DNA of 64,000 bases from positions 1,798,001 to 1,862,000 of the forward strand of contig OZ287076.1 in NCBI GenBank assembly GCA_965645245.1, in the 5' to 3' direction. The translations under genes were made by a program, and so were the position numbers. Source of the DNA: Massalongia carnosa. Its lineage: Eukaryota. Under the pieces are notes generated by a model that did not search any database, had not been told where the DNA came from, and worked only from the letters and a program-made list of their open reading frames with translations. Below are positions 13,396 to 25,190 of this stretch, in pieces. Each line of letters opens with the position of its first letter. Positions within the stretch are counted from its first letter, which is position 1.

Positions 13396-14722
13396 ATGGA
13401 AAACCACCTCTCCGTCGTCTCCGAGCACCCCGAATATGCGCCGGATCCGGAAAAACAAGAGCTCCCACCAGGCCCCGTGGCCGGAAAGACATCGGCGTTC
13501 AAGGGACTGGGCTGGCTGGATCGCTTCCTGGCCTTGTGGATCTTGCTGGCGATGGCAATCGGTATCATTCTCGGGAATTTCGTTCCTAACACCGGGCTAG
13601 CGTTACAAAAAGGAAAATTCGTTGGCGTGTCGGTGCCGATTGGTAAGTGGTTGAGTTGCGGATGGTTCGCGAAGAAGACGGAACGGCTGACTAGACAATA
13701 GCGATCGGCCTGCTGGTCATGATGTATCCGATCTTGTGCAAGGTCAAGTATGAGACGCTGCATCGGGCCTTTCGAACGCGCGAGATTTGGAAACAGATTG
13801 TGTTTAGCGTGGTGATGAACTGGTTGGTCGCGCCCTTCCTGATGGTACGTGCTTCCTACCTTGCTACGGTACATGAGGTGGGTGCACGGAAGTTGACATA
13901 GACATGGCTTTAGCTCGGTCTGGCTTGGGCGTTTCTGCCTGACAAGACCGGCCTTCGAGAAGGGTTGATCCTGGTAGGGTTGGCCAGATGTATCGCAATG
14001 GTGAGGCATTCAACTACTCATCGCGTGCAAAATCCATCTTGGGCTGACATATCTCCTGCATTCAGGTTCTGATCTGGACGGGCTTAGCAGGGGGCGACAG
14101 CGAATACTGCGCTATATTGGTGGCCATCAACTCGTTTCTGCAAATAGTCCTGTTCGCCCCGCTGGCGCTTCTCTTCCTCAAAGCCATCAGCCACTCCGAC
14201 TCCGCCGTCGAGGTATCATACCACGTGGTGGCGACAAGCGTTGCCGTCTTCCTCGGAATTCCCCTGGGGGCAGCAATCGCGACGCGGATTAGCCTTCGCA
14301 CGGTTTTCGGTCCTACTTGGTACGACCAGGCTTTTCTCAAATGGGTCGCTCCGTGGTCGTTGATCGGACTCCTCTTTACCATCCTCATACTCTTCGCCTC
14401 GCAGGGACACCAGGTGGTCCACCAGATCGTCTCTGTCGTGCGGGTTGCGGCGCCGCTGATCGTATACTTTGGTGTCATTTTCTTCTTCACTTTGTTGGTC
14501 ACGCACAAGTTAGGTTTCGGGTACAAGCTCTCGGCCACCCAGAGCTTCACAGCCGCCAGCAACAACTTTGAGCTTGCGATCGCCGTTGCGGTCGCTACGT
14601 TCGGCCCGGATAGCGACCAAGCTCTTGCTGCTACCGTTGGTCCTCTGATCGAGGTGCCGGTATTACTGGCTTTGGTATACGTTGTGAGATGGATTGGAGA
14701 GCGACGAAACTGGAGGGATTAG
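13396..14722 (+). CDS. ACR3: ACR3-family arsenite efflux permease
   Basis: LDRFLALWILLAMAIG, MMYPILCKVKYE, NWLVAPFLM, LARCIAMVLIW, QSFTAASNNFELAIAVAV, GPLIEVP. Three introns ~13643-13701, 13845-13912, 14001-14065; reading frame intact. Confidence 0.96.
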
Positions 14723-15253
14723 GATAGGTGACTCTTAGAATTGATTGTTAGCTAGAAATAGTACATAAATGTGATGCTGCTTTCTAGTTGCTGCATGATT
14801 ACGGTGTTTCAACCTCAAAATATTCCGATCCATACTAGGCCACATCCTAGTTACATTTCGGTGTTTCATTCATATCACGATCATACATAATACACGGCAT
14901 CATGCCATAAAAGCGGAGATTCTGTCCGCTATGAGGGCATTTGGATCTGCGTAGTATCTTGCGCAACAGCAAGAAGGCGGAACCTGCTTCCACAGACGTC
15001 CAAAAGGCATGCTGCATCAAGATGGTATAGAAACGCCACCAGCCTAACAGGTTAGCGAGATGTAGGGTGCTCTCGACCAATAGCAGTCTCCCGGTGACAT
15101 ATCAATCGCTTAAGGAGAATCCGTTATTTTAGTACTCTGTATCCACATCGTGATCGATCCTCATTCTCCACCCTTTTTATCATCTTAAGAAAGTGGTTGG
15201 CCATCTTATCCATCCGCACCCGTCGGAACTCGTGCGATCCTCAGGCCATCGCC

Positions 15254-15877
15254 ATGACCAGCATCGCAACCGAAGCGCAACCAAAGGCCGAGCGCCCTTG
15301 GCATGAATCCTACCCTCCGCCACGGAATTCGAATCCGCCGTCCATCTCCCGCAGCAAGGTCCTCGAGTTTTTCCGAGACGGCAAGGAACCAGGGAGGGAT
15401 TTCGCACTGGTGGACCTGCGCAGAACAGATCACGAGGCAGGTTTCCAGAAGACTGAGCAGCTCGACATTTTTATGGCTCGCTGGCGCATATTGACTTTCC
15501 ATGGTCTTCTAGGGGGGGACGATACGTGGCTCGATCAACCTTCCAGCTCAAAGCCTATACAGCTCGATTCCTACCCTATACATCATTTTTGCCGTGGCCA
15601 ACATAGATGTGGTGATTTGGTATTGCGGTCAGAACCTCTCTCTATCTCATGGTATCCTAGTTCTCGTGTGATGCGCTGCTAACGCCACCCACGATAAGGC
15701 TCATCTCGTGGACGAGGTACTCGCGCAGCAGGCTGGTTCGCCGATTACATTGAGGATCAGCAGGATTCTCGAATGAAAAGTATGACGCTAGAGGACGGTA
15801 TCAAGGGTTGGGCTGGTGCTGGAGAGGATTATGTGCAGCTAATTGATGAATATCAGGAAAGTGCCTGGAGGAAGTGA
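15254..15877 (+). CDS. ACR2: ACR2/Ibp1-like Cdc25/rhodanese-fold arsenate reductase/phosphatase
   Basis: Spliced product ...LVDLRRTDHE|GGTIRGSINLPAQSLY...VIWYCG|SSRGRGTRAAGWFADY...LEDGIKGW..., with a CX5R loop (CGSSRGR). Introns 15437-15512 (GC-AG) and 15628-15698. Lies directly downstream of ACR3. Confidence 0.85.
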
Positions 15878-17099
15878 ATGAGCCATGCTGTGATGATGAA
15901 CGTAATAAAGAGAATAGGAAGGAAAGGAAGAGAAAGGGAAAGTATGTATCGTAGGAGAATGCTATGAGTCTAGTTACTAAACGTAGCCGCTCTGATAGTG
16001 AAGCCTACACACGACTTAGAAAACAACCATGGCCTTTCTGAGTCGGCAAATCAAGTCCTGCGACCGATCACGTGACCGTATCTTACCATTCTCAAGAAAT
16101 CCCAGTAACTAGTTTAGTCAACCCAAGGGAAAGGAAACGCGTCTGTCCCTTCGAAGGAAGCAAAACTGGAGTTTCATAACGTTTTCGTTTTCGTTGCCGT
16201 TCAGCAGAAGGAGATGGCACTGGGAGGTGGAGGCGTGAATCAAAGGTGGCAGGGTTTGATCAGTCACATGACTAGTTAATGGTGGTGGTCCAGAACTGTC
16301 CTTATCCCTAGCCTAGCATCATGTCAAACAGTTTGAATTCAACTACAGGGCTCGATTAGCCGCCTGGATGGACCTACTCTCCTCGTCAATCCATTCAGGA
16401 CGCCAGCCTACGGAGGTATTCACGAAGCCCTTGATGAACACGCCACAATACTCCTTATCACCGCCAACCCATGATAGCAGCAGGCTCAACTATAGGTCTT
16501 CAATTACAGAGTCCACGGAACATGCTCTGCAAGCGCCGCTGAAACGCTCCCTTGCTGAAGTTCCACACGTGCGTGAACTGTTCCTTCTTGGCCCTGTTGA
16601 CTCAATAATGCGAGTCGGGTGGTATTGATCTACTTTTGCTGAAGTACGCAAGTGGCTGCCATTAAATAGTTGTGGATACCGTTGGTAAAATAGTCAAGCC
16701 GCATGTTCTCCGTCACGCACATCTTGGTAGGTCTGCATGCACTTAGGAATCGCTGGCTGAGCATCTCGGGTGTACTGCTGTAGTAGATTATCGTGTACCC
16801 ACGGATATCGCGGCATATCGAGCCGATAAAGTTCATGGTACTAGGGCATCGGTCTAACTATACGGCGAGAAAGTGCGTCTCTCTAAGAAGCTGTCGTGGT
16901 AATGAAAGACGAGACAGTGCCATCTCAGACCTGAGATGTTTCGAATAAAAAAATCTAATTTACTACTACTTTTCATTTACTTACTATTTGACTGGCTATT
17001 TTTTCATGCGAATCTTAAAATATCTCTGATTTCTGCTCCGGACCTGCTCCGCTTCGCTCCGCAACGGCCCTGCGCCATCTCCTCCTTGGCACCCGCCTA

Positions 17100-17660
17100 A
17101 GCATCTATCAAAGCATCTTCCAAACAGTCTCCCAGATAGCTTCCGCTGATTTTTATAAGGCCCCACATCTAACCCCTAAATAGCCTTTCAAATAGTCTCC
17201 GCTGCTTTTCAAATAGTCTCCCAGATAGCCTCCCAAAAGCCTCCCAAAAAGCCTTTCAAATAGCCTCCCAAATAGCCTTTCAATTATCTCCCAAATATCT
17301 CTCAGATATCTCCCAAATAGCCTCCCAAATATTCCCCCAAATAACTACCAAATAGCCTCCCAAATAGCCTTTCAAATAGCCTCGCATAAAGCCTTTCAAA
17401 TAACCTCTCAGATATTCTTCACCGCTTTCAAGTAATCTCCCAAATAACCCCTCAAATAGCCTTCCAAATATTCTGCGCTGCTTTTCAAATAACTCTTCAA
17501 ACAGCCTCCCAGATAGCTATCAAATAATCTCCCAAATAGCCTCCCAAATAACTTTCCAATTAGCCTCCCAAATAATCTCCCAGATAATCTCCGCTGCTTT
17601 TTAAATAGGTTTTCAAATAGTCTCCCAAATAGTTTCCCAAATAGCTATCAGATAGCATCT
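17100..17660. repeat. Degenerate 12-bp minisatellite (consensus CTCCCAAATAGC), about 45 units, inside an AT-rich relic (~16940-18120)
   Basis: Repeated ctcccaaatagc / ctttcaaatagc / ctcccagatagc units that differ mostly by C/T and G/A transitions; G-poor + strand. Confidence 0.85.
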
Positions 17661-18471
17661 TGAATGGCCTCAATATCTATCTCCCCCGTTATCAATTTTC
17701 CTTTTCCGCCGCTTTTCGCATAACTTCTTTAGCTTTTTGATCTCGTACATCTTGAATTCGTCCATTTTCTCGAAGCTGTCGATAATGAGGCACTCTAGAA
17801 GCGTAAAAAATAATCGACTCCGTTTTCTCCCTTCCAACCCGGTTTTTCTATTATATGTCGTTTGACGTGATTATAAGCTCGTCCGTCTCGAGTCTTACCT
17901 ATATCATCGTCAATTTTTTTCGTCTAGTATTGCCCAAAGTAGCAGGGGAACTCTTTCAGTACTATATAGGTAGATAGAATTCTGGTCTGTATAGGTCTTG
18001 CATCTGGTATTGGAATAAAGCTTATAGATGATGGAAGGGCGTCTGCTAGCACTATTAGGTTGAAGATACACGAGAAGATATAACTGAAATTTGAAAATAT
18101 AACCACACTAGCTGAGAGAGGACTATTAGGAGTAACTGTCGGCCATTTATTGATCCATCTAAACTGACCTCAATATTACTGCTGCCAGAGCTGGTTAATG
18201 GATTCAAGCGGCATATTACGTCGTCAAAGGCCAGGATGTTAATGAACCATCTATCTATGAAACTGGATATGTCATGATAGCTACTAAATTCCTCAGGCGA
18301 TACGAATACTTGCGATACTTAAAATAACAACAATATGATGGGACGTCAAAGCAAAACCTACCTGATCAGATTTTAGCTGCTGCATTATAACAAAACGGGA
18401 TTGCGAACAAGGACAGAAAGACGAGCCACGCAATACTCGCAAGCGTTATAACTGACTTGTTGAACGGACAT

Positions 18472-20361
18472 TAAAAACATGTAAGAAATAGCATGCACAA
18501 GATCTCATCCAATATCGACCTAATAATAGCGGGGCCAATTCCCAACCCTATCAAGCGCGTTCGTTTCTTGCTATATAGACGTCCACGGCCATATGCCATT
18601 GCCAAGAATAGAGGATATTATAAACTGACTCGATGATTGGGAGTGACAAGAAAAAAGAAAAACATGCTGGCTTGGCGAGCTAAGTTTGGACGTCAATAAG
18701 TTAATGAAAAAGATATTAAGGAAAGATTGAGTAAAACACAAATCATAGGTGAGTTGCTATAGTTGTGCTGCACTATTTTTCGTGCATTGTAAAATTTGCG
18801 CACCGCGTTTATATTGCTTCTAGCTGTGTCGAAGCTCACAAAGGCAGGCGCTGGTACATATATAAGCAAGACCAGCAAAAATTTAGGACGACAGATAATG
18901 ATAGGATGAATGAGGCCTCCAAATTTTGAGGACTATTACTTCGGAGCCTGCGTACGTGGGTTCGACATGCTTAGCTAACCCATTCAACAGTATTGAATAC
19001 CGATGCCCTACATGTTGTGAGAAGGACGATGGACATCCAGGAGAGCGATAAGAGGGAGGGAAGCCCTGCAAGACCCGCGATCTCGATACAAAGAGGGCCA
19101 ATGATCTACATTAGATTAGCTCTAAATAGCAACACATCCCTATGAATTTTGAAGCTTGCCACCCAAAATACACCTAGAATCGCGCCACTAACAAACGCGA
19201 AGAAGATGACCATACCATACGTTGTTGCCGGCAGCCAAGCCACGAAACATGGGAACCCATGTTAGGACACCAGCAGTTTCAATGCGTCCGTAGCGATCGC
19301 TGACGATGCCAATGACTAGTTGCCCAGCCGCCGCGCCGAGATTCAAGACTGCGGAGATGGTTGCTGCCTGCGAACCCAAAAGGCCAGTGGAGCAGGCAAA
19401 GTCTAGAAGCAAGAACAGAACCACTACGTAACCTAGCATGCTGATAAAGGACCATGCCAGTAGCAGTTGAACATCATACCGACAGAGAAGCTTGAAGTCA
19501 AACTGTGGCTAAAAAGGCCGGACAGTTTCATTTCTATTCCGGATGAGAATGGCAATGAGAAGCATGCTACAGCTGATAATAGCCGTGAGATGAAACGCCC
19601 AAGCAAGCAAGATGTCTTTGTTTACTGCCTTGGTCACGAATGAGAAGATCAAACCCCCGATACCCGAATCGGCTGCGCTGATGTCATTGGCCAAAGCTCC
19701 GCCTTTTTTGAAACCATTGAGAGAGGATAACAATACTTAGATGTAGGTAAAGCCAATTCCGAATCCCAGGAAGATGCCTTGCGAAAGGTACAGCTGCCAA
19801 ACCCGGACCGGAAACGGGGCTGCGACGTTACTGACAGCGAGGAAAGCCACGCCTATGAGCAGGGAACTTGCATTCCGACCTATCGAGCCAAGATAGTCAC
19901 TAGGGGCGCCACAAGCATAGCCGTGGAAAAGTTGAGGCCGCCTATGAGGGCAAAGTCCAGAGGGGCTGCGGCTGAAAACACGTTGGATAAGTAGTCTGAG
20001 AGGTAAACCCTGTACGTCTAGGTACCACTTATCAATTGAGATTCGATCAGGCCGGGAACCATATGAGCTCGTGAAACCCACCGAGACTACACCCTAGGTG
20101 AAGTAGTTGATGAAGAAACAAGCGGCAACACACACCCAGCCATATCCGTTACATCCAACACTAGCACAGGGACTAGGACCGGGACTGGGACCGGTACTTG
20201 GACTTCAGCATTGTACTTGTTACTGCTTCGCGGACAGGAAGTTTATGATGACATTCAGCCGGAAGGTACGAAGTTGAAGGAATATTCGCCACACAGCTCC
20301 CTCTATCGTGATCCCTTATGTGGATTCCAAGATCGTGCCCGAGTTCCTCTAGGCCTTCCAC
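18472..20361 (-). pseudogene. MFS monocarboxylate-transporter (MCT/MCH-like) pseudogene
   Basis: GYGWVCVAACFFINYFT*G (TAG at 20094-20096), WQLYLSQGIFLGFGIG, LANDISAADSGIGGLIFS, GIVSDRYGRIE. Pieces lie in different frames (ORFs 19737, 19509, 19188). Ends approximate. Confidence 0.85.
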
Positions 20362-20883
20362 GGTCTACGAGACATGGTCGCAGAATGACTGGAGGGCTAA
20401 ACCTCCTGAACTCTGAACCGGATGAGGGAGGGGGGGTTTAGAGAGGATATGGGGAAGATGATAGAATGAAGAGATAAGCGAGAGGAAGAGAATAGGATAT
20501 ATCCTGTATTTACCTAGATGGATAGGTATCCGTTTCAGATCGTTCGTGATCTGCTGACAAAGATGCACACGTGCCGTGATCCAATGAAAACCATCCGGTT
20601 TCATCTGATCTCAGCCTCCTAGCCCTTTCTCCCCTTGCCGCCAACAAGTTCGACCGTTCATTTGAAGTCCGACTTCATTTCTCGTAAATACAACATTTGC
20701 CAAATCTTCCTTGTTCCTCCACCTTCTGTGCAGACATGGCCTGGTGATTTTCAGTCCATATGTCTCTCCCCCAAAAGCAGCAAACATTGAGCGCGGCTTA
20801 TCATACAGCAACGATGCTCCCTCGAATTCGTAGATAACCCCTCTTCCACCCCTGCCCTTCCCCCAATTTCAAACCCCTTTAAA

Positions 20884-23106
20884 TCACCCAAACCGCCTTC
20901 CCGAATCCCTCCCACCCCTCCGATCCAGCTCCTCGAAAACAGTGTACCGCCCTTCATGAAATGTAGGCCGATACCTCGGATCTCTCCCCACCCTTGAAGG
21001 CGGCACTCCCCAGTCAGAGCCAAAAAAGCTCTGGTTCGCGCCCTGCGACTTGTCGATGCACCACTCCGGCACGCGCGCATAGCGATTAAAATAGCCCGGG
21101 TTAGTGTTATCCACATAGCTCGTGAGAGTGTTGAGGAGCGGTAGCATTGAACCCGTTGCAACCTGAGCCGGGGTGATGATCTTAGTTCTTAGGGGATGAG
21201 GCTGATACTGAAATTCGCCATGCGGATGAGAACGAAACTTAAGTGGCAAGGCCAATTGTTCGATCGCGTTCGTATCACTGGCCAAGTTGGGGCGGTGAGC
21301 CTTCTTACTAAGCTCATAGTCCAAATTAATCTGCCCCAAACGCGCCTGGAACTCTCCACCACGACGAGAATCATGATTCCGCCACAGTTGCGGCTCCTCG
21401 ACTGCATGACGTCCAAGAAGCTCCTCCGAACCCCGTGCCCAAATGTTCGGGTTGACATATCCCAATCCAGGTGGAATTATTTGAGTCGATGGTAGCTGAG
21501 TCAACATGGGGAAGTTGGCCTGCGGAGCGGTTGGTGATGTTGAGTTATGAATACTGACTGGACGATCGGTCCAGGGTAAAGGATCGCTGGCCTTTAGTAG
21601 CTCTTTACCCACTTGCGGCAGTGTGAGAGATCCTGTACCTGTTGATGTACGCGAAGGTGCTTCATCCGCTTGAGCTCTCTTAAAGGCTGTCTCGGTAGGA
21701 GAAGGCTGCACTTGTTTCCCCACATCATGTGCTACGGGATCGTAGAGGACTGTACGTGTAGAGATTGGAAGATTCCCTTGGGTTTTGGAAGACTCGACGA
21801 CATCCTGAAGATTCCGCAATAGCAAGTCTTTCTTACTACTTATTGAAAAACTACTATAAGGCATCGGATCTCTTGGATACGGATTGGCTCTTGGCCCGTT
21901 GTTAGGAACATTTGGTTGGCCTTGCCCAATTTTTGGTATTGATTGCTGTGGAATAACGCCATGGGGAGTCTGGTAGGATTGAGGGAAACGAAATTCATTA
22001 TTCATTATACCTCTAGCCATCGGTGGCAGCACATGTGCAGCTGAGCCATTCAATGCATATGATTGATTTATCCCGTGTGGACTGTATAGACGCGAGCGCA
22101 TAAGCTGCGTAGACTCTGTAAAAGGATCGTCTTGATATTTCTCCGTAGGAAGACTCCCTCCTTCGGTTGGTTGAAGTGCAGGTAAGACTCCGAGTCTCGT
22201 CAACTTCCTCTCCTCCATAGAATTTAATCGTGGTTGGCCTCTACTGTCGTCTTCCAAATTTTTGGAGCCTTGCTGTAATGGCAAAGAAGACATAGATCTA
22301 CCTTCTATTTCAGCATCTTGATTCTGGGTAGAGTGAAAATCATGACCGAGAGCTGATGTACCACGTGGCGGTGGCTGTGGAGTAAGGTGCCCATTTAGAG
22401 CTTGCGAGTACCCATCCTGACCAACTGGCCTAGCCAATGACATCTCTGGGTTCCATCCACCAAGACCATGATTCGTTGCAGATTTTTCTAGCTTCTGAGG
22501 CTGGGACGAAATTAGGGGGTCCTGATAAGGGAATGCTTGGGTAGTCTGTTGGTAAGGACTCTGTGAGTCTGCCTGGTTGTTGTAGCTCATCTCTCCTCCA
22601 CCGACCTCACGACTGCTACAATTTGTGGCCTGGATGACCTGATGGTTCAGAGGCGCCGGGGATCTTGGATGCTCACTTTCTGTTTCCTGGCCTTCCAAAG
22701 GTTGATTAGCTAGCTCCTCCAGATTCAACGCCTTCCAGACCCTACCACGATTACGAGGTCTGGTAAATTTAAGAGCCCCAAGAGCTACTGGTGCAATAAG
22801 TGGCACCTCGTCGTCCACTTCCATTTCCTTGGCCGCCTTTTGAGATCTAACGGCGTTGAGCTCGGCGGCTCGAGCCTTGGCTGCAAATGTCGTACCCGAA
22901 GTGTTGTTAGCAAGGCTGGCAGTGGATGTAGATGCGTGATAGTTGTATGGTGCCGCCATGTTCTTCTCGGCTCGTTGCGAGTACGAAAGACGCTGGAATA
23001 TAACCGGAGGAAAAGTCTCTTCACCAACAACAGAACGTTCTGGTGAAACCTTGTGGATAATTTGAATATGCGAGAAGGGTGTATTGGGAGGATGTATTAC
23101 GAGCAT
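20884..23106 (-). CDS. Hypothetical, largely low-complexity protein with a compact C-terminal motif
   Basis: Uninterrupted 740-codon ORF (alternative start MAAPY at 22959); S/P/Q-rich; C-terminus YARVPEWCIDKS..NQSFFGSDWGVPPSRVGRDPRYRP looks constrained. Confidence 0.8.
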   Translation of the reverse strand: MLVIHPPNTPFSHIQIIHKVSPERSVVGEETFPPVIFQRLSYSQRAEKNMAAPYNYHASTSTASLANNTSGTTFAAKARAAELNAVRSQKAAKEMEVDDEVPLIAPVALGALKFTRPRNRGRVWKALNLEELANQPLEGQETESEHPRSPAPLNHQVIQATNCSSREVGGGEMSYNNQADSQSPYQQTTQAFPYQDPLISSQPQKLEKSATNHGLGGWNPEMSLARPVGQDGYSQALNGHLTPQPPPRGTSALGHDFHSTQNQDAEIEGRSMSSLPLQQGSKNLEDDSRGQPRLNSMEERKLTRLGVLPALQPTEGGSLPTEKYQDDPFTESTQLMRSRLYSPHGINQSYALNGSAAHVLPPMARGIMNNEFRFPQSYQTPHGVIPQQSIPKIGQGQPNVPNNGPRANPYPRDPMPYSSFSISSKKDLLLRNLQDVVESSKTQGNLPISTRTVLYDPVAHDVGKQVQPSPTETAFKRAQADEAPSRTSTGTGSLTLPQVGKELLKASDPLPWTDRPVSIHNSTSPTAPQANFPMLTQLPSTQIIPPGLGYVNPNIWARGSEELLGRHAVEEPQLWRNHDSRRGGEFQARLGQINLDYELSKKAHRPNLASDTNAIEQLALPLKFRSHPHGEFQYQPHPLRTKIITPAQVATGSMLPLLNTLTSYVDNTNPGYFNRYARVPEWCIDKSQGANQSFFGSDWGVPPSRVGRDPRYRPTFHEGRYTVFEELDRRGGRDSGRRFG

Positions 23107-25190
23107 TGAGCTTGGAGGGCGCTTGGATGTCGAATCTGCACCAATACCATGCTTGGCGTGTTTGGGTCTACCTGATAACAGGCATGTTTAGCTGTATTAT
23201 GTGAAAAGGTAAATGATGAAGGATGTAAGGATGAGTGACAAAGAACAGAAGCGGCACTCACGACGGTTACGGTAATGCGTCTGGCCACCGGTCAATTTGG
23301 TGGGCGCCAGTTTGCTGATTGAGCCCCAAGGCCAATTGCTAAGTTAGGGAAGATAGACCCTTCCGATCTCAGATTCTTTCTTCTAGGTAAGAATCAAAGG
23401 TAAAAAGGTGAGGCGCCTAAGGAATACTTCATCAGACGAGGAAAGTGTAAAACTTTCTGATATTTTGTTTACAAGTTTAAATGCAATAGAGATTGACAAG
23501 TCAAAAGAACTTCTTGCGGTTGTATTAACGCGTCAGAAAACTTACAGATGTGTTGAACTGTTGACTTACTCCTCACAGACACCCGCTGCGTTATTAGGGC
23601 ACCCTAGGGAAGCTCGTAAATCAGTGTTGGTCAACGAAGGTATTTTGAATCTACGCCATATCATCTCAGAGCCATCTTTCAAACTCATCAACACGCTTCC
23701 GGCAGTTTTACACTTAACCGTATGTCTGTATATCTGGTGTCTTGGGGCGCTGGGAGAAGCTCAAATATGTAACCATAGGCATTAGATACGCTGGGAATTT
23801 GGATGGGCGATTAGCATTGGAACCCCCACAGCAGCATCTCTCCCAATCGTTTGCGTCCAAGAAACGAAGGAGAAAAATCTAAGCGATATTAGTAGCAAGC
23901 GGTGGGGAAGTTCGGTACTCCTATGGATTGGTTTAGATAGCCTCAGGTCGAATATATGATACCTAGCACGCTATATCTTGCAGCTCAGCAAAGCATAGAC
24001 ATAACTCATCCTCTCCATATCCCAGCATTCAAAGACTAATTCCTTAAAAGCATACCTGTATTCGGCCTGTCCAAAGGAACTCCCAAAAGAATGCCCAAGG
24101 GTATTCATCCAGCAAATTATTCCATCATCTGAAGACTTACCTCATGCTCCACAGGTCCTAGACACTAAACAACCGCAGCCACCGTCAAACCCAGGCATAC
24201 TTCCCTACCACCCCAAGATTCGTTGTATAAGAAAGGCCCTCCAGAAATCCACGGGAAGCATGATCATGACAAGGCCGAGCGGCGCACCCTAACGTAAAAT
24301 GTGTAACTGCAACACGCATAAATATATACATCTTTTAAAACGAACCGCACAAATCGGCACTTGTCAGTAGTTATCAAAATCTCATAGGCGTCAAAATAGC
24401 CAGAATGTCCACATTTTGCCAGTCATGCAGTCTAATAGATGAGTAACATTCCCAACAACTTCCAAAAAAAATTGCGTCTAACAGAGTCATGCATGGGCCT
24501 TCCTTCTCCCTTTCTCGTATTCGTTATAACCCACTAGGCAAGTTCTCGTTTCCTTAAATGATTATCTAGCTGTTAGTAGTAATTATTTTTGAATATCAAG
24601 ACCCGATAAAGAGAGGTTTCTCTTCTGCTTTCGAGATATTTTTCCGTGTAAACTTTCTAATACTAAGAATTCAGGTTTCTATCATCCAATTATTCTTCGC
24701 AATATATGCAAGGACTCTATGAACGATCGTGAAAAATTGGTTGAGAACGAGTTTGACGTTGTGATTACAATATTAGAACAAGACTAAAATAATGACTAAT
24801 TAAATAACTAATCGACATCACGTGGTATTTAGTGTATCGGATGTAGGTAAGCCTCATTGATTCATCAGGATCTAATAGCTACTGCTTTAATTATGTACAA
24901 CACAATAAACTCAGCAAAAGCTGTCCGACCAGTGTCGAACAAACCCCACTCTCGAGTAAGAGAGGTCCTTAATCCTTCACATACCATTACCATATTTTCG
25001 TAGATCATCATCAAGAGTGCTAGCATGACGACCAGCGCGATTGTGAGACGGATCATCATGAATAATCTCCGGTTCTCCATGATGGGCAGCAAAGACACTT
25101 GGCGGAGCAGTGACAGCATTAATGTTACTGCTCCTACCAGAAGGTCTCCGACTTATCAGCACACATCATGGAGCAGACTTGGAGCTGCAC

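Noticed and set aside
18205..18275. AYYVVKGQDVNEPSIYE, faintly like an RNase H1 N-terminal domain
   Set aside because: Too short, lacks the conserved G and W positions, and has no supporting ORF.
7700..20400. Intact Starship element
   Set aside because: No tyrosine-recombinase captain ORF or terminal repeats found; kept only as a relic hypothesis.
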